Below, one piece after another: positions 14,526 through 28,414 of a stretch of DNA of 64,000 bases (positions are counted from its first letter, which is position 1; every line of letters begins with the position of its first letter). Source of the DNA: Eledone cirrhosa (taxonomy: Eukaryota); assembly GCA_964016885.1 (NCBI GenBank), contig OZ024751.1, positions 42,284,001-42,348,000 of the forward strand, read 5' to 3'. A model generated the notes under the pieces. That model worked only from the letters and a program-made list of their open reading frames with translations, ran no database searches and was not told the origin of the DNA. A program made the position numbers and the translations under genes.

Positions 14526-14895
14526 TATATAACTATATATATATATATATATATATAAAAGCTGGAAGATGGATGAAATATCAGTAAAGACAGTAGTAAT
14601 GGATTTAGACTAGAATTTACTAACAGACGACAAAGGAAACATACGCTACATATCAAATATTATGAGTTAGTTCATAAAAATACCATTATATCAATAATAA
14701 TTGGTAGTAAAACTAAATATAAAAAATGTACAACTCTAATCACCGGGATGTACCATCATTTAGTTTTTATTTTATGTTTTAAATACACACACACACACAC
14801 ACACACAAAATCAAACAGATGGAAAAAACAAACAACACTTTTCTAACACATTACATGTTGATATTGGGCTTGGTTGGATACTGGTCATTTCATAG

Positions 14896-14960
<65 letters not shown>

Positions 14961-15054
14961 GTGTGTAGTGGTAAGAAATTAAGGAGAGCTGGACAGCAGA
15001 AGGTTTTCAGAAGAAACCCCCTCAACTTCTAAGTATGTCCAGTACATACATATA

Positions 15055-15090
<36 letters not shown>

Positions 15091-15398
15091 ATATATATAT
15101 AGGCTATTGCAGTGGAATAGAATCTGGTACATTATACAGTATGACTTTCAAATCATTTTTAACTTAATTTTCTTAAGACAGCTATTACTGCATTAATGGC
15201 ATGGATATTTTCTAAAATAACTAATGTGTATGTGTGTGAGTATTTATGTGAATTTCATAAAGGAACCAGCCCCAAGTAAAATGGTAAATTGGCAGCAGTC
15301 ATGAGAGCATTAGAGATAAAATTGTCTTAAAGCTTTTTTTTTTTTTACTTTCTGCACTCTGAGCATAAATTCTGCCAAGGTGCTGATATCTGGGACTA

Positions 15399-15780
15399 AC
15401 CCAGCTATGAGAACACAATTGGTTAGTATGGACATGGAGGCTTCCAATCCTGCATTGATAGAGCAATAATGGTATGTTGAGGTTTGATCTAACAGTGGTT
15501 AGGGTTAACCCCCCCAGCTATGAGAACACAATTGGTTAGTATGGACATGGAGGCTTCCAAACCTGCATTGATAGAGCAATAATGGTATGTTGAGGTTTGA
15601 TCTAACAGTGGTTAGGGTTAACCCACCCAGCTATGAGAACACAATTGGTTAGTATGGACATGGAGGCTTCCAAACCTGCATTGATAGAGCAATAATGGTA
15701 TGTTGAGGTTTGATCTAACAGTGGTTAGGGTTAACCCACCCAGCTATGAGAACACAATTGGTTAGTATGGACATAGAGGC
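15399..15780. repeat. 113-bp tandem repeat, about 3.3 copies
   Basis: CAGCTATGAG recurs at 15402, 15515, 15628 and 15741. Confidence 0.95.
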
Positions 15781-17904
15781 CTACAAGTGGTATGCTGGGT
15801 GAAAAAAAACAAAATGGCTGAATGGAAACAGCAAGTATTTTGTAAATGGAGACGATGGAGAGGTTTTATGTGATTGAGAAGGTTTATTTTCCTTGATGAA
15901 ATAACCAGCAACATCACAATAGTTGTGGCTCTCTGTTCTGGCAGTGAATCAGCTTATTACAATATTATATGGAATGAATCTCCGTTGCTTTCAACGATCA
16001 GTGTTCCAGTTGTTCCACAAACAGAACACTCTGCTCATGAAATTAACGTGTAAGTGGCTGAGCATTCCACAGACATGTGTATCATTTTAAGTAATTCTCA
16101 GGGAGATTCAGCGTGACACAATGTAGGACAAAGCTGGCCCCTTTAAATTACAGGTACAGTAGTCAATTCGACGGGCTTCCAAACAGTTTCTGTCTACCCA
16201 ATTTCACTCACAAGGCTTGGGTTGACCTGAGGCTATGTTAAATGAGACTTGTCCAAGATATCACACAGTGGGATTGAACCAAGGACCTAATTATTGCAAA
16301 GTGAACTTCTTAACCAATCGGCCATATTATGTCGACTACAATATCATATAACCTATGTACCAATATCAACGTCCGAAATGTAGATAATCTCAAGATCCAC
16401 CAAAAATGGGTTCCATGCAGCAAATTCTAGTTAAACCAGTTCCAGTTATTTCATTGTAACAGTGTACCTTCTTATGTTTATTTACCAAATGATATCTTTC
16501 TCTCTCTCTCTATCACACACAAAGTTAGGTTATGTTTATTTACCAAGTGAGTACAACTGATCCCTTTCTATCTCACACACACACATTTAAAAGTTAGGTT
16601 AAGATATTTTTACCAAGCTGGTTCAAATATCTGTCTGTCTGCCTGTCTCTCTCTCTCTTTCACACGCATGCACACAAAGACAGGTTAAATGTATTTACCA
16701 AGCTGGTAAAAACGATCTCATTCACACACACAAAGTTAGGTGAAGAATTATTTACTAAGCTGGCACAAATGATCTTTATCTCTCTCTCTCTATCTCTCAC
16801 ACACATAGGAATGAGAAAAGAGATTCAGGTCTATTTAAAATAGATAGAGATTGTAATACAACAAGAGAGACCTGGTCTTGATTTGATGGCTATGGTAATA
16901 TTGTGGAAGTTGTAGTTGATTATGTAAGGATTAAACTAGATGAAGACAAATGAGACAACTTCCATTTCTCTGTTATCTTGCTCTGACATCAACAGACAAG
17001 AGATTAGTAATGGCAGTCTTATTAACGATACCACTGCCTCGTTAGCACAGCATAATAATGGTTTCTGATTTAGGCACAAGGCCAACAATTTTGGGGAGGG
17101 GGGAAAAGTCGATTTACCCTTTAGCATTTAAACCAGCCAGACTGCTCTCATCTCTTTCTGTTCAAACTGGCCACTCATACTGATGTTAAGGTAGTTTTCT
17201 CAAAATAAATAACATCAAAATCTCAGATTCAATATTATGTGAGATAAAGCCGTCGTTACCATGAAAATACAATAGTATATATAGAGTAATGTGAACTCCA
17301 GTGCATTACTGGTACTTTATTCTATCGATCTTGTAAAGCTAACATCGGTGGGACTGGAACTCAGAACATAAAGGGATGTAACTATATGCTCTCCCGTTTC
17401 TACCGCCAATCTACCACAGCATAATAATCATGATCACCGTTTAATGTCTATTTTTCATGCTGGTATGGGTTAGACTGGTTGTCCTGTTCTGAGGCTAGAC
17501 AGGTGAGGTCATCATCATCATCATTTAACATCTATCTTCCACGCTAGCATAGGTAGGACGTAGGTGACCATCCATATCTTGTTCATAATGAGGTTATATT
17601 ATTTTTTCCAAGCCATTTATCCCCCCCCCCCCCCCCCCCCCCTCCAATCTCAACACAAGAACTACCCAGCAATAACTTTACTGAAACTAGACGTAATAAA
17701 TAAACTAGAGGACTAATTTACAGAGAAAATTAGTTACACCACCACTACCACCATCATCACCACTACCACCTCCATCACCCAGTACATGACTAGTACTTCA
17801 TTTTCTAGAGAGACTGTGGAAGAATGAAAGGCAAAGTTGACCTCGATGAGACATTTTCTCTGATGTTCTACTGATACTGCTAATTCACTGATTTCACAAA
17901 TTTT

Positions 17905-18300
17905 AATAATAATTGTTTCTACTTTTGGCACAAGGCCAGCAATTATCCCATTGCATTACTGGTACTTTATTTTATCGACCCCCGTAAGGATGAAAGGCAA
18001 AGCGGGATCTGAACTCAGATCATAGAGGGCCGTAACTCTATGTTGCAAAGAATGCATCCGACCCTCTACCGATACTGCCAATCCACCGCCCTTTTAATCA
18101 TTTTAATAATAATTGTTTCTACTTTAGGCACAAGGCCAGCAATTACCCAGTGCATTACTGGTACTTTATTTTATCGACCCCGTAAGGATGAAAGGCAAAG
18201 TTAACCTCGGCGGGATTTGAACTCAGACCGTAAAAGGGACGTAACTATGCTGGAAAACATGGCGTCCGACCCTCTACCGATACTGCCAATCCACCGCCCT
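17905..18300 (-). mobile_element. Two head-to-tail family 1 SINE copies
   Basis: Near-identical units of about 195 bp. Confidence 0.85.
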
Positions 18301-18692
18301 AATCATTTTAATAATAATAAAATATATATTTATCCTATTTGGTTACATTCCATAATTTTCCTTGTGGCAGCATTCCATTATCGTTAACACAAACATTTCA
18401 TTTCTACTAAACAGAATTGGTATGAGGAGGCAAAAGAAAAACTACCAAAGAATACAAAGAAAACTTAACCTAAACAGCATCAATATCAGAGAATAAATAC
18501 TAAGAACTGACTAAAAGTATCAATAATAGATAATACCTGAAATAAAAAAAAAATGAAAATAATAATGGTAGAATGCCCTGTAGGGATTCTGATCTTACAT
18601 ATGGTGTGTCTTGGGATTTATATACGTGGCAGAGCCTTGTCCTCTCCTGCTTGGGTTATAGCCGATTTCTTCCAGACAAACAGATAGATAGG

Positions 18693-18739
<47 letters not shown>

Positions 18740-20189
18740 GTAGGTAGATAGATAGAGTGATAGATAGATAGATAGATAGATAGAGACAGATATGTGAGCT
18801 CCGCGAGCTGGAATGGCTTTTCCAGTGCGTCTCCCTTGCCGTCCTCTGAGGAAACGCCTTCTCTATTCTGTCCGGCAGGGCTGTGGGGAGGCCACCAATA
18901 TGATTGACTGACTTGTCATTTTATCAGTCAGATGTTTTTAGGCGACGGATTAAGACTACTGCTGATATAGACAGATAGGTAGATAGATAGATAGGTAGAT
19001 AGACAGATAGGTAGATAGACAGATAGGTAGATAGACAGATGGTGAGTGACAAAGAGAGAGATAGTGGAAGAACTGACCTTGGACTGCAAGAGGTAAATAT
19101 TTAGAAATAGGTGTCATTCACAGAAAATCCACTGGAAAATTACTTAATTAACTAACAAAACACTCAATAATCTAATTACTCACATTAAATTAATGAATTT
19201 CTCCATCTAAACAAGTCAAAAGAATTTAAATACCACAATTGAGAACTTTTTCAAAAAATGCCAAACAAAATTTGTATTCCAAATATATTGTGTTGCTTAA
19301 CAAGTTTCAAGGAATCAATTTAAAATAGAATTTCAGAATTAGGGGTGGGTGGAAATTAAAACTTTTTTCAGAATCTATTACAAACAGAAACATTTCTGAA
19401 TATATGAGTATTTTTCTCTTTCCTATACAAATTGTGTGTTGAATCCCATTTAAAATCAAACGGAACAAAAAATATAATATATGCTATTAAAATAATAGAG
19501 AATAATTTAATATTCTCGTGATTAGTAAATCAGATAGTTTAAAAGCTAAGTTACAGAAAATAGTTTCCATAAAAGAAAAAAAACTTATTTTCTTTTATGT
19601 CTAAGAGAAATAAAAATAAAAAATAAAATTTTTCAACAGAAACGACACCCATTTATTATTATTTTTTAGGGCTAACCATAACTTTTTAGAGTCATACAAA
19701 TTTATGAAACAATGTGGAGATGTTTATAATCATATCAAATCAAAAGCAGCGTGTATGTGACGTTTATAATATGCCATATCAATATAGTTAGTAAAGCATA
19801 TGAAATGTTTAAATGCTACACTCAAATAGACAGATAGGGGCAACAAATTGTTAATCTTCATAGTTTTGTTCCATAAAAATAGAAGGGAACTTATGAAAAT
19901 TTTATCCTTAAATCAATAAGTAATTTTATAAAGGGACCCTTAAAATGGCTTCCGATTATTTCAAAAATGCAATAATTTTGTAAACCCCCCCCCCCCCTAC
20001 ATTCAAATAGACAGATAGAGGAAACATATTATTAATTTTATTGGATTCCGTAATATAAACGGGAATTTATGATAATTTTAACCTTAAATCATCAAGTAAT
20101 TTTATAAAGGGGTACTTCAAATAGCTTCCGATTATTTCAAAAATGCGATAATTTTCATTTAAAAAAAAAAAATCCAACCAAAATATTGT

Positions 20190-21227
20190 TTAAACAAAAT
20201 TTGGTTTTGGGGGGTACTGACAGCCATAATGCTGAATGACAACTTTGGCAGCATAAAAACCACACCTGACACAATCATTTACGGAACGGCCCAGAACCCA
20301 TTGGGACAAGAACCCACCAACAAAAGAATCCCCACAACCATTTGTATCTTTAATAAGATCATGGTCTACAGTTTCTACTGGAAATTCAAATACTTTACCC
20401 CCTTGTGCTACTATGGTAGGGTCCTTTCCCTGAGTAAATACAACGATACGTTCTTTTTCTGAATTAATTTTTGGCAATGCCGCCACCTGTAGCGCCATTT
20501 GCTTCAAATCCTTATTTGGGAATCCCATCAAAGAACAAAATTCAGCAGCTTCATCACTGTTACCAAAAAGAATATCTATATAGGGTAAAATATCTAGATT
20601 GGGGTCAGCAAACAGACTGCACAGGAAAGTTGCATGCAAGTTCATAACCAGAGTCTTTTTATTCTCAGCACTATGATGGGCGAGAGCTACAACAGATTCT
20701 TTACTAATCGGCAGAATAAAGCCACCAACATAATAACACTGAGCAGCTTCTACAAACTTCCAGTTCTCCGGCTTTTTCAGGAAATCAACACTGAAGCACT
20801 GAGCAGCCCCTAATTCTGTCACAAGCGAGCGGTCTTCTCCTGTTATTATGGCTCCGCAGACCCCAGTTTGAACATCGTTGTAGACTTGATAGCGTACATT
20901 CACACCCACATCAACAGACTTCTTTTCCAATATCTCGCCATATTTATCCTGGCCAACACTCCCGAAAAATGTTGTGGCCTTGGGTTTCTGTAGGAGCCAC
21001 TGTGCCACCCGCACACTGTTAAGAGTGGCACCGCCAGGTAAATATTCGGGTGTAAAATTTTTAACCATGTCCTCAAAAAGAGGATGGTGAAATGCTGTAG
21101 CTATGATTGCATTGTTAGCTAGCAATTGATATTTCTCAAGTAATTTGGTGTCTGAGCATACAACAGTAATGTCAAGAAGAGGATTTCCAAGCCCAAGGAG
21201 AATTCCTTCAGGAATGGTGTCAGCCAT
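20190..21227 (-). CDS. ADK: Adenosine kinase (PfkB/ribokinase family), single coding exon, 345 aa
   Basis: Uninterrupted ORF with ADK hallmarks: GLGNPLLDI, GGATLNSVRVAQW, TGVCGAIITGEDRSLV, ILFGNSDEA (NxxE), and PfkB signature DTNGCGDSFVGGFL. AAA-ATG-G start context. Polypyrimidine/AG splice acceptor just upstream (exon starts at about 21245). Confidence 0.95.
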   Translation of the reverse strand: MADTIPEGILLGLGNPLLDITVVCSDTKLLEKYQLLANNAIIATAFHHPLFEDMVKNFTPEYLPGGATLNSVRVAQWLLQKPKATTFFGSVGQDKYGEILEKKSVDVGVNVRYQVYNDVQTGVCGAIITGEDRSLVTELGAAQCFSVDFLKKPENWKFVEAAQCYYVGGFILPISKESVVALAHHSAENKKTLVMNLHATFLCSLFADPNLDILPYIDILFGNSDEAAEFCSLMGFPNKDLKQMALQVAALPKINSEKERIVVFTQGKDPTIVAQGGKVFEFPVETVDHDLIKDTNGCGDSFVGGFLSQWVLGRSVNDCVRCGFYAAKVVIQHYGCQYPPKPNFV

Positions 21228-21909
21228 TTTGGTGGAGATATTCTTCTGAAAATAGAGAGAAAAAGATATATTATATAATAATTAGGATTAAGTATTTTAT
21301 ATATATATACATATATTATTTTTGTATTTGTTTTGCAAGAATTGTGATGTGAAATTGTCTGTTGAAACAGATAGATACGTTGGGAGGCTCATACTGGCAA
21401 TAAAAACATACAAACACCAGTTGTTTCTGCAGAAATTTAAAACATGTTTCTATCAGTGTGGTTTCTACAGGTGGAGGTCTTTCTTATCACCAACCAAACT
21501 GTTGGCCACCTTTTGGTGGGGCCTGGAAACTGATCTCAATCAGGTGAACAACAGCAACAACCTGAGACAGCAACAGTCTCATATGCAAGAACAGGGAGAC
21601 CAACCACCTTGCTGAGGAGACTGGGGACATTTTTTGTGGGCCACCGCCACTATAGAGGTTGTCATGACATGGCTGAAGGGTCCTCTTAACACTTCTTGGC
21701 ATGGTTTCTACAGCTGGAAGCCCATCCTAACACCAACAACTTTACAGAGTGTACTGGGTGCATTTCATTGTGGCACCAGACCTACAGGGGTTGTCGACCA
21801 TGAAGAGCCTTCTCTACCCTATGGGAGAGAGGGTTGAGACGTTTTTTAAAGGGTAGTGGGTAAGAATGGGTCATATAGACATGTATACATACACACATAT
21901 ATCTATGTG

Positions 21910-21965
<56 letters not shown>

Positions 21966-22050
21966 CGTGTGTCTATGTGTTTGTGTTTATATACCTATTT
22001 ATATCTATGTGTGTATATATGTATGAGTGTGTGTGTGTGTATATATATAT

Positions 22051-22390
22051 GGAGGCACATGGCTTAGTGGTTAGAGCATTGGCCTTGCAATCGAAAGGTT
22101 GTGAGTTCAATTCTCAGACCGGGTGATGTGTTGTTTCCTTGAGCAAGACACTTTATTTCACATTGCTCCAGTTTACTCAGCTGTAGAAATGAGATGATAG
22201 GGACTGGGGTCCCTATCATTCCACTGCAAAGTGGTCGTGGAGGTGCCACGGCAAAAAAGCACCCAGCACTCACTGTAAATGAGGTTGGTGTTAGGAAGGG
22301 CATCCAGCTGGAGAAATCAAGCCAGAATCAGTTCCCGTCCCACCCTTGCAAGCAGGGAAAAGTGGACGTAAAATGAAATGATGATGATGA
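22051..22390 (+). mobile_element. tRNA-derived SINE, family 2, with LINE-like 3' tail ending (GAT)n
   Basis: A box TGGCTTAGTGG, B box GAGTTCAATTC, CCTTGAGCAAGACACTT core, CCCGTCC..CCC.TGCAAGC.GGAAAA.TGGACGT tail. Confidence 0.85.
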
Positions 22391-23031
22391 AATGATGATG
22401 TATCTTTAAATATATTAGTGACAGCATTAACATAGCATGGTTCATCACAAAAACACATATACACCTACATACAATATATTGATGTATAATAAACACACAC
22501 ATATAGTTTTGTGAGTATGTCATAGCTAGCTCAGTTCCTGTGTAACAGTGATGTACATATGTATTTCAGGATTGCTATCCATCATCTACACCACTTATTT
22601 ACAACAGGATACTGAGCTATAGAAGACAATGTCTTCTTATAGATTTTATAAACAAACTATATTTACACATAGTGCAAGCTTGAATGGCTGGTATTAATCA
22701 GCCATAACACTAAGACAGCGAGATTTGAAATAAAGATTTATATGGATCCATATTTAATATGTCTATGTACAACAAATAGATCAATCGAATCAATTGACAA
22801 ATTCTCAAGTGGGGTGGAACTCGTCACATCATACCAAAGAAACAATGTTACCATTGGTCTTTCCATTGCTGATACTATCTACCAGTTGCAACTCCTCGCA
22901 GAAGCTAGCAACATGAAATATAGTGTTTTGTTCAAGGAAAATAATGGATCGCCTGGTCCAAGCATCGAACTCGGAACCTTATGATTGTGAATCCAATTCT
23001 CTAACCACTAAGCCACATGCCTTCATGACAA

Positions 23032-23380
23032 ATATGAGGGTGGGCTGAAAAGTTCATAGTCTGACTATGAAGGGGTGATGCTAGAGCTCACAGCTCTTTG
23101 CATGAATAAATTTCAACCCTTCTTATTAATAACTACATTGTTACTTTCCAGGGGCTATGTTGAAAAATAAACCTCATCTGGTCATTCCATGAGAGTATCT
23201 TGGTCAGCCTATGAAGGAGTGATGCTAGAGCCGTGAAGTCTTGCATGCATTAATTTCAACTCTTCTCATTAATAACTGCATCGTTACTTTCCAGGAACTA
23301 TGTTGAAAAATAAACCTCATTTGGTCATTCCATGAGAGTATCTTGGTCAGCCTAAAAACTTTTCTGCTGACCGACATATA
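23032..23380. mobile_element. mariner-like MITE with an internal tandem duplication of about 145 bp
   Basis: Left TIR TATGAGGGTGGGCTGAAAAGTT, degenerate right TIR AACTTTTCTGCTGACCGACATA; duplicated internal block. Confidence 0.6.
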
Positions 23381-23704
23381 TTGTATATGGATCCATATCT
23401 ACCACATCCCGAACCACATTTGTGCTATCATTAATTAACAGTGACTATTCTAACTTGCATTATATATAAATAAACTTTCAACAAAAATAGTTTGTTTACA
23501 ATATCTGTAAGAAAGAAAGAAGACATTGCCTTTTATACCATATTCCACTCACAGGGAATTGGTTAACTGCAGTCTAGAGCAAAAGACACCTGCTCAAACT
23601 TCTTACCACCACACACAAAACATGCATTATAAAAATAGATTGTGAAAACATATTCATGCATAAACTATATACATTTGTACTAAGTGCATAGCAAAGTTTT
23701 ATAC

Positions 23705-23739
<35 letters not shown>

Positions 23740-24306
23740 AAACAAACAAACGAAAATCAGCCTGATAAACTATATACTTCCCTCAACTACCAAGAGAAAA
23801 CAAGATTATGGTATTCTGGTGTTGTGTAACACACATACAGTAGCAATATTCTTTAGAAATACTGAGTAATAACGTTTAGCTATAGTGAAGGATTGCTAAA
23901 ACTTCTTAGTACTACACACAACTACCTCTACTCACTAGTGAAAGATTAGTAGAATTTCCTACTGTTACACATACACCACAACAACCTCTACTAATTATCT
24001 CACAGTGATTGTGTAATGAGGACTGATTAAAGAATTGAAATCCATGCACATGCTAAAGATTAGGAGATAGATAGGATAGATTTGAACATCCTGAATAGAA
24101 GAATTAGATATGATCAATCCATATAGGAAATGTTTTTGAAATTCAACCCAACACAAAATTGGCTTTGCCTTCATTATACACCAAAGTTTTTAATTTCTTG
24201 TGATAGAAATCCCACAGTTATTAGTATTGATATATATATATGATATTATAGATACCTCACAGTTATTAGTGTGTATATATATGTGTATGTATATATATAT
24301 ATAGAA

Positions 24307-24398
24307 GAGCTTCTATGGGACTAGAACTATTTCATTCGTGAAAAATCATCAGGAGTACCTTACTTGCTGTGGTTACCTCCAATTCAACCCGGAATAAC
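24307..24398 (-). mobile_element. Family A element: leader segment plus hammerhead-like motif, inside a (TA)n tract
   Basis: Minus strand GTTATTCCGGGTTGAATTGGAGGTAACCACAGCAAGTAAGGTACTC-CTGATGA...GAAAT-AG...CC-ATA-GAAG; the same leader occurs at 40962-41028 and 44195-44260. Confidence 0.55.
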
Positions 24399-24487
24399 AT
24401 ATATATATATATATGATATTATAGATATTCTCCAGTTATTAGTATTGATATATATATGATATTATAGATACCTCACAGTTATTAGTG

Positions 24488-24519
<32 letters not shown>

Positions 24520-26376
24520 TATACATATATATATATACACACAGTTATTAGTGTGTATATATAAATAAAGTACCAGTAATACACTGAGTAATTGCTGGCC
24601 TTGTGCCTAAAGTAGAAACAATTATTAATATTGATTTATATCTCTTTTTTATACTACAACTTTCTAATTGTGTATCACATGTTTTAGAAGACAAACTTAA
24701 ACAGCAAATTGCAATTTTTAAAATAAAGCATTTTGAATGGAATGTATGTTTTTATGTATATGTGTATACATTATATATATTTATATATATACACACATAT
24801 ATATATATACACATATATATATATACATCTATAGACAAACAACACGCACATTATATATATATATATAGACACACACACCTATATATATATATATACACAA
24901 ACATAATCATACATCAGCTCTATGCATGATGGCACCGCTCTAACTGCTGACCAGGGTGACCCTACTCCCATCGAGCAAGAGACACACATAGCCATACATA
25001 CATATATATATACACACACACACACATACATACACACGCATACACATACAAAGACAAAAAGGAAGCTCAAGAATTAGAGAAGAATGATAAAATGACAATT
25101 ACCAGTAAACTTCCAACTTCAACAGTTAACTGATTTAAGGTGACACATGTTCTAACTAATCTAGCAGTAAGTAGTCACAAAACTACCAACATCTAAGGAA
25201 TTGTAATTTGATACACCTGACAGTGGTAGAAAGAGTAGAGGTGGAAGTAGAAGTTATAGGTAATGTAGACTTCCTATTAAGTATATAGGTCTCGCCTATT
25301 TCAGAAAGTAAACAACACATACACACCAAAAAAAAAGTAGCATGTTTTAAACATCACCAGCTGCTTAGTTAATTAAATGATGAAGGCATCTATTTTGAGC
25401 TTGGAGACTGGCTTGCAGCTGACAAGGAGTTTAAAATGTCAGCTCGATACCAATAGTATTGAGTATTGTAATGCAGTTTAGATAATTATTACAACTCTTA
25501 AATATACAAGAAATAATTGTTTCTACTTTTGGCACAAGGCCAGCAATTATCTCAGTGTATTACTGGTACTTTATTTTATCAACCCCGTAAGGATGAAAGG
25601 CAAAGTTTACCTCGGCGGGATTTGAACTCAGATCATAAAGGGCCGTAACTCTTTGCTGCAAATCATGGCGTCCGACTCTCTAGCGATACTGCCAATCCCT
25701 TACTAACAACTATACCACTGAGTTAGTATAGCTTAAGAAATGTGAAAGGAAAAAAAGAACTAATTATATTTTTAATTATCATTAGTTTATAGTAAGTATT
25801 AAGCAAGTGGTAATTGGCAGAATCGTTAGAATGTCAGACAGAATTATTTTTGGTATTTGTTCCAGCTCTCTGAGTTCAAATACCACCGAGGTTAATAAAA
25901 AAAGTACCAGTCAAATACTAGGGTTGATTCTTCTCTAACTTTCTTTCTCGCTTCCATTCTCTCACTCTCCATCTTTCTCTGGAAGAAATCTGCTGTATTC
26001 AGACAGAGAGAAGGACGGGATCTACCAGGTTTTAAAAATGCCATATGTCAATACGGTGCCCCTAACACTACCCCAGGAGTCACAGATCTATACATCGGAG
26101 TGTTTCATTTAGTCACATACTCTGCCACGCACATGGCACTGATCCCCAATGCAGTCACACTACAGTGCTTGCTGCTGCTCTGCACCAACAAGCACTATAT
26201 ACCCCCAATCCCTAAACCATTCTGATGCACTTAACCTACATTACCGTACCCTCCTATACCCTGTACTTTCTCCAATCCTTCTTATCTGAAACATCCTCCC
26301 AGTTAATATTCTCCCTGTAGGTATCAACATACAGAAATTCAAGCTGAGTATCAATATATATATCTCTATACGTCTC

Positions 26377-26413
<37 letters not shown>

Positions 26414-26599
26414 TATATATATAGAACCTGTAAAGGTCAGACAACCCCTCTCCTCCTTCCCACCTTCCTCTTCCCACTAAATTATGAATAATATTTAATG
26501 TATGTACACAAGTTAAAAGGTCAACAATCTATTTTTTAATGTATTGTACATATATATATATATAGTATATATATTGTACATGTATTGTATGTTGCACAT

Positions 26600-26750
26600 A
26601 TATTGTATATATATTGGACATGTATTGTACAATATATATACATATATTGGACATGTATTGTACAATATATATACATATATTGGACATGTATTGTACAATA
26701 TATATACATATATTGGACATGTATTGTATAATATATATACATATATTGTA
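26600..26750. repeat. 33-bp minisatellite (ATATTGGACATGTATTGTACAATATATATACAT)
   Basis: About 4 copies. Confidence 0.85.
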
Positions 26751-27214
26751 GAACAAAAACACAAGAAAAAAGTGAGCTAGTTTACTGAATTATACAGGAA
26801 CAGTAGAACCCCTAAGGACCAGGAACAGTATAACCCATTAAATAACTACTAAATGTGTATACAAGACTAACACTAATTATGTTAACGCTGTGCATGGTAG
26901 AGGGGTGGTTAACCAATCCCTGTGAAAGAAATCCCCTTAAACATCACCAAAACAATCACATAACAGAAAGCTACTACTCAACCACTGTCAGGTCTGACAC
27001 ACTGAAAGGTGGATAATGGTGGAGATGTTTGAGTAGAGTGGTGGAGATGTGTGATGTGTTTGAGAGATAAGATGGAAGAGATCTTCAGCTAAACTCCCCA
27101 CAGGTAAACAGTATAGATATATAAGCTATAAGGTAACACACACCTGGGCTGTCACTGTTGGTGAGATGGAAGAGATCTTCCATCATACTCTTCACAGGTA
27201 AACAGGTACATATA

Positions 27215-27940
27215 TAAGCTGCTCTTCTGGGTAGGATATGATAGTGTAAGTGAAGTAGGTATTTTATTAGCTGAGATGTGGATAGACATGGTATTTGAGG
27301 TAGTTAGAGTAAATGACAGATTTATCAAGCTCGGAATAGAAAACTGAGAAGAAATTCTTACCATTGAAATAAGACTTAGAATCAAAAGGGGCTCAGAGTA
27401 AACTTAGCAAAGACCAAGGTTTTAGTAAATAGCAAAGAAGACAAAACCAAGATACCATCTGGGAGATGGCTGTTTGATTTGCAGAAAAAGAGTTGGTAGA
27501 AATTCTATACAATGTACACAAGAGGTCTAGTGGGATTGTAGGCAGACTAACAGAGAAGGCAAACCTTGTGAGACATGCACAGGGTTAGTTAGGATTAAGA
27601 GCCTGAGTGAAATAAACTTTCTCCAATCCTGGGAAGGCTCTATAAAAGCAGTTGATAGCTTCTGTTACCTAGGTGACCTAATTAGCTGTAAAAGCATAGT
27701 AACTAGAATAAGAACAAGATGGAAAAAGTTTAGGGAGCTACTACTTATGTTGTCAACAAAAGGGAACAAAATGTTGTATGATGGCTGCATGCCAAGTGTG
27801 GTGTTGCTTGGATGGGAAACATGGGAAGTAAATACAGAGGCTATGAGAAGGCTGTGTTGATGGGTGTGATGGTAGTGTGTGTGGCATGGAGGAACTGAGA
27901 GAAAAACTGGGTACAAGGGGAGTTACATGTGTACAAGACA
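27215..27940 (+). mobile_element. Decayed, internally deleted RTE-type LINE fragment
   Basis: Broken translations VGILLAEMWIDMVFEVVRVNDRFIKL (endonuclease-like), LESK...RVNLAKTKVL, CRKRVGRNSIQCT, VDSFCYLGDLIS, WKKFRELL. Confidence 0.75.
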
Positions 27941-28066
27941 ATATATATATATATATATGTATGTATACACACACACCTTATATATATATAGCTTGCTATA
28001 TAATTAAGAATAGTAGGAGGTGAGACCGTTGGAACATCAAGCAACTAGCTTGACTCTTTCACTGGC

Positions 28067-28360
28067 ACTACTACTACTACACTATACAACAACTACTACC
28101 ACACTACTACTACACTACTACACTATACAACAACTACTACCACACTACTACTACACTACTACACTATACAACTACTACTACCACACTACTACAACACTAC
28201 TACACTATACAACTACTACTACTACTACACTATACAACTACTACTACTACACTATACAACTACTACTACCACACTACTACCACACTACTACACTATACAA
28301 CTACTACTACTACCACACTACTACTACACTACTACACTACTACTACACTACAACTACTAT
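28067..28360. repeat. (ACT)n-based compound microsatellite
   Basis: ACTACTACACTATACAACT units. Confidence 0.9.
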
Positions 28361-28414
28361 AATGATACATTTATAACAAATCATCGATTTGGCGGGATAC
28401 AGCATGCGAGGCTA

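Noticed and set aside
20229-20462. Plus-strand 77-aa ORF (and similarly 58879-59148 and 61844-62080)
   Set aside because: Antisense shadows of real minus-strand exons.
22051-22125. tRNA-like sequence with A and B boxes (also at 30851, 52740, 59260)
   Set aside because: No complete cloverleaf, and it continues into SINE body and tail; these are SINE heads, not tRNA genes.
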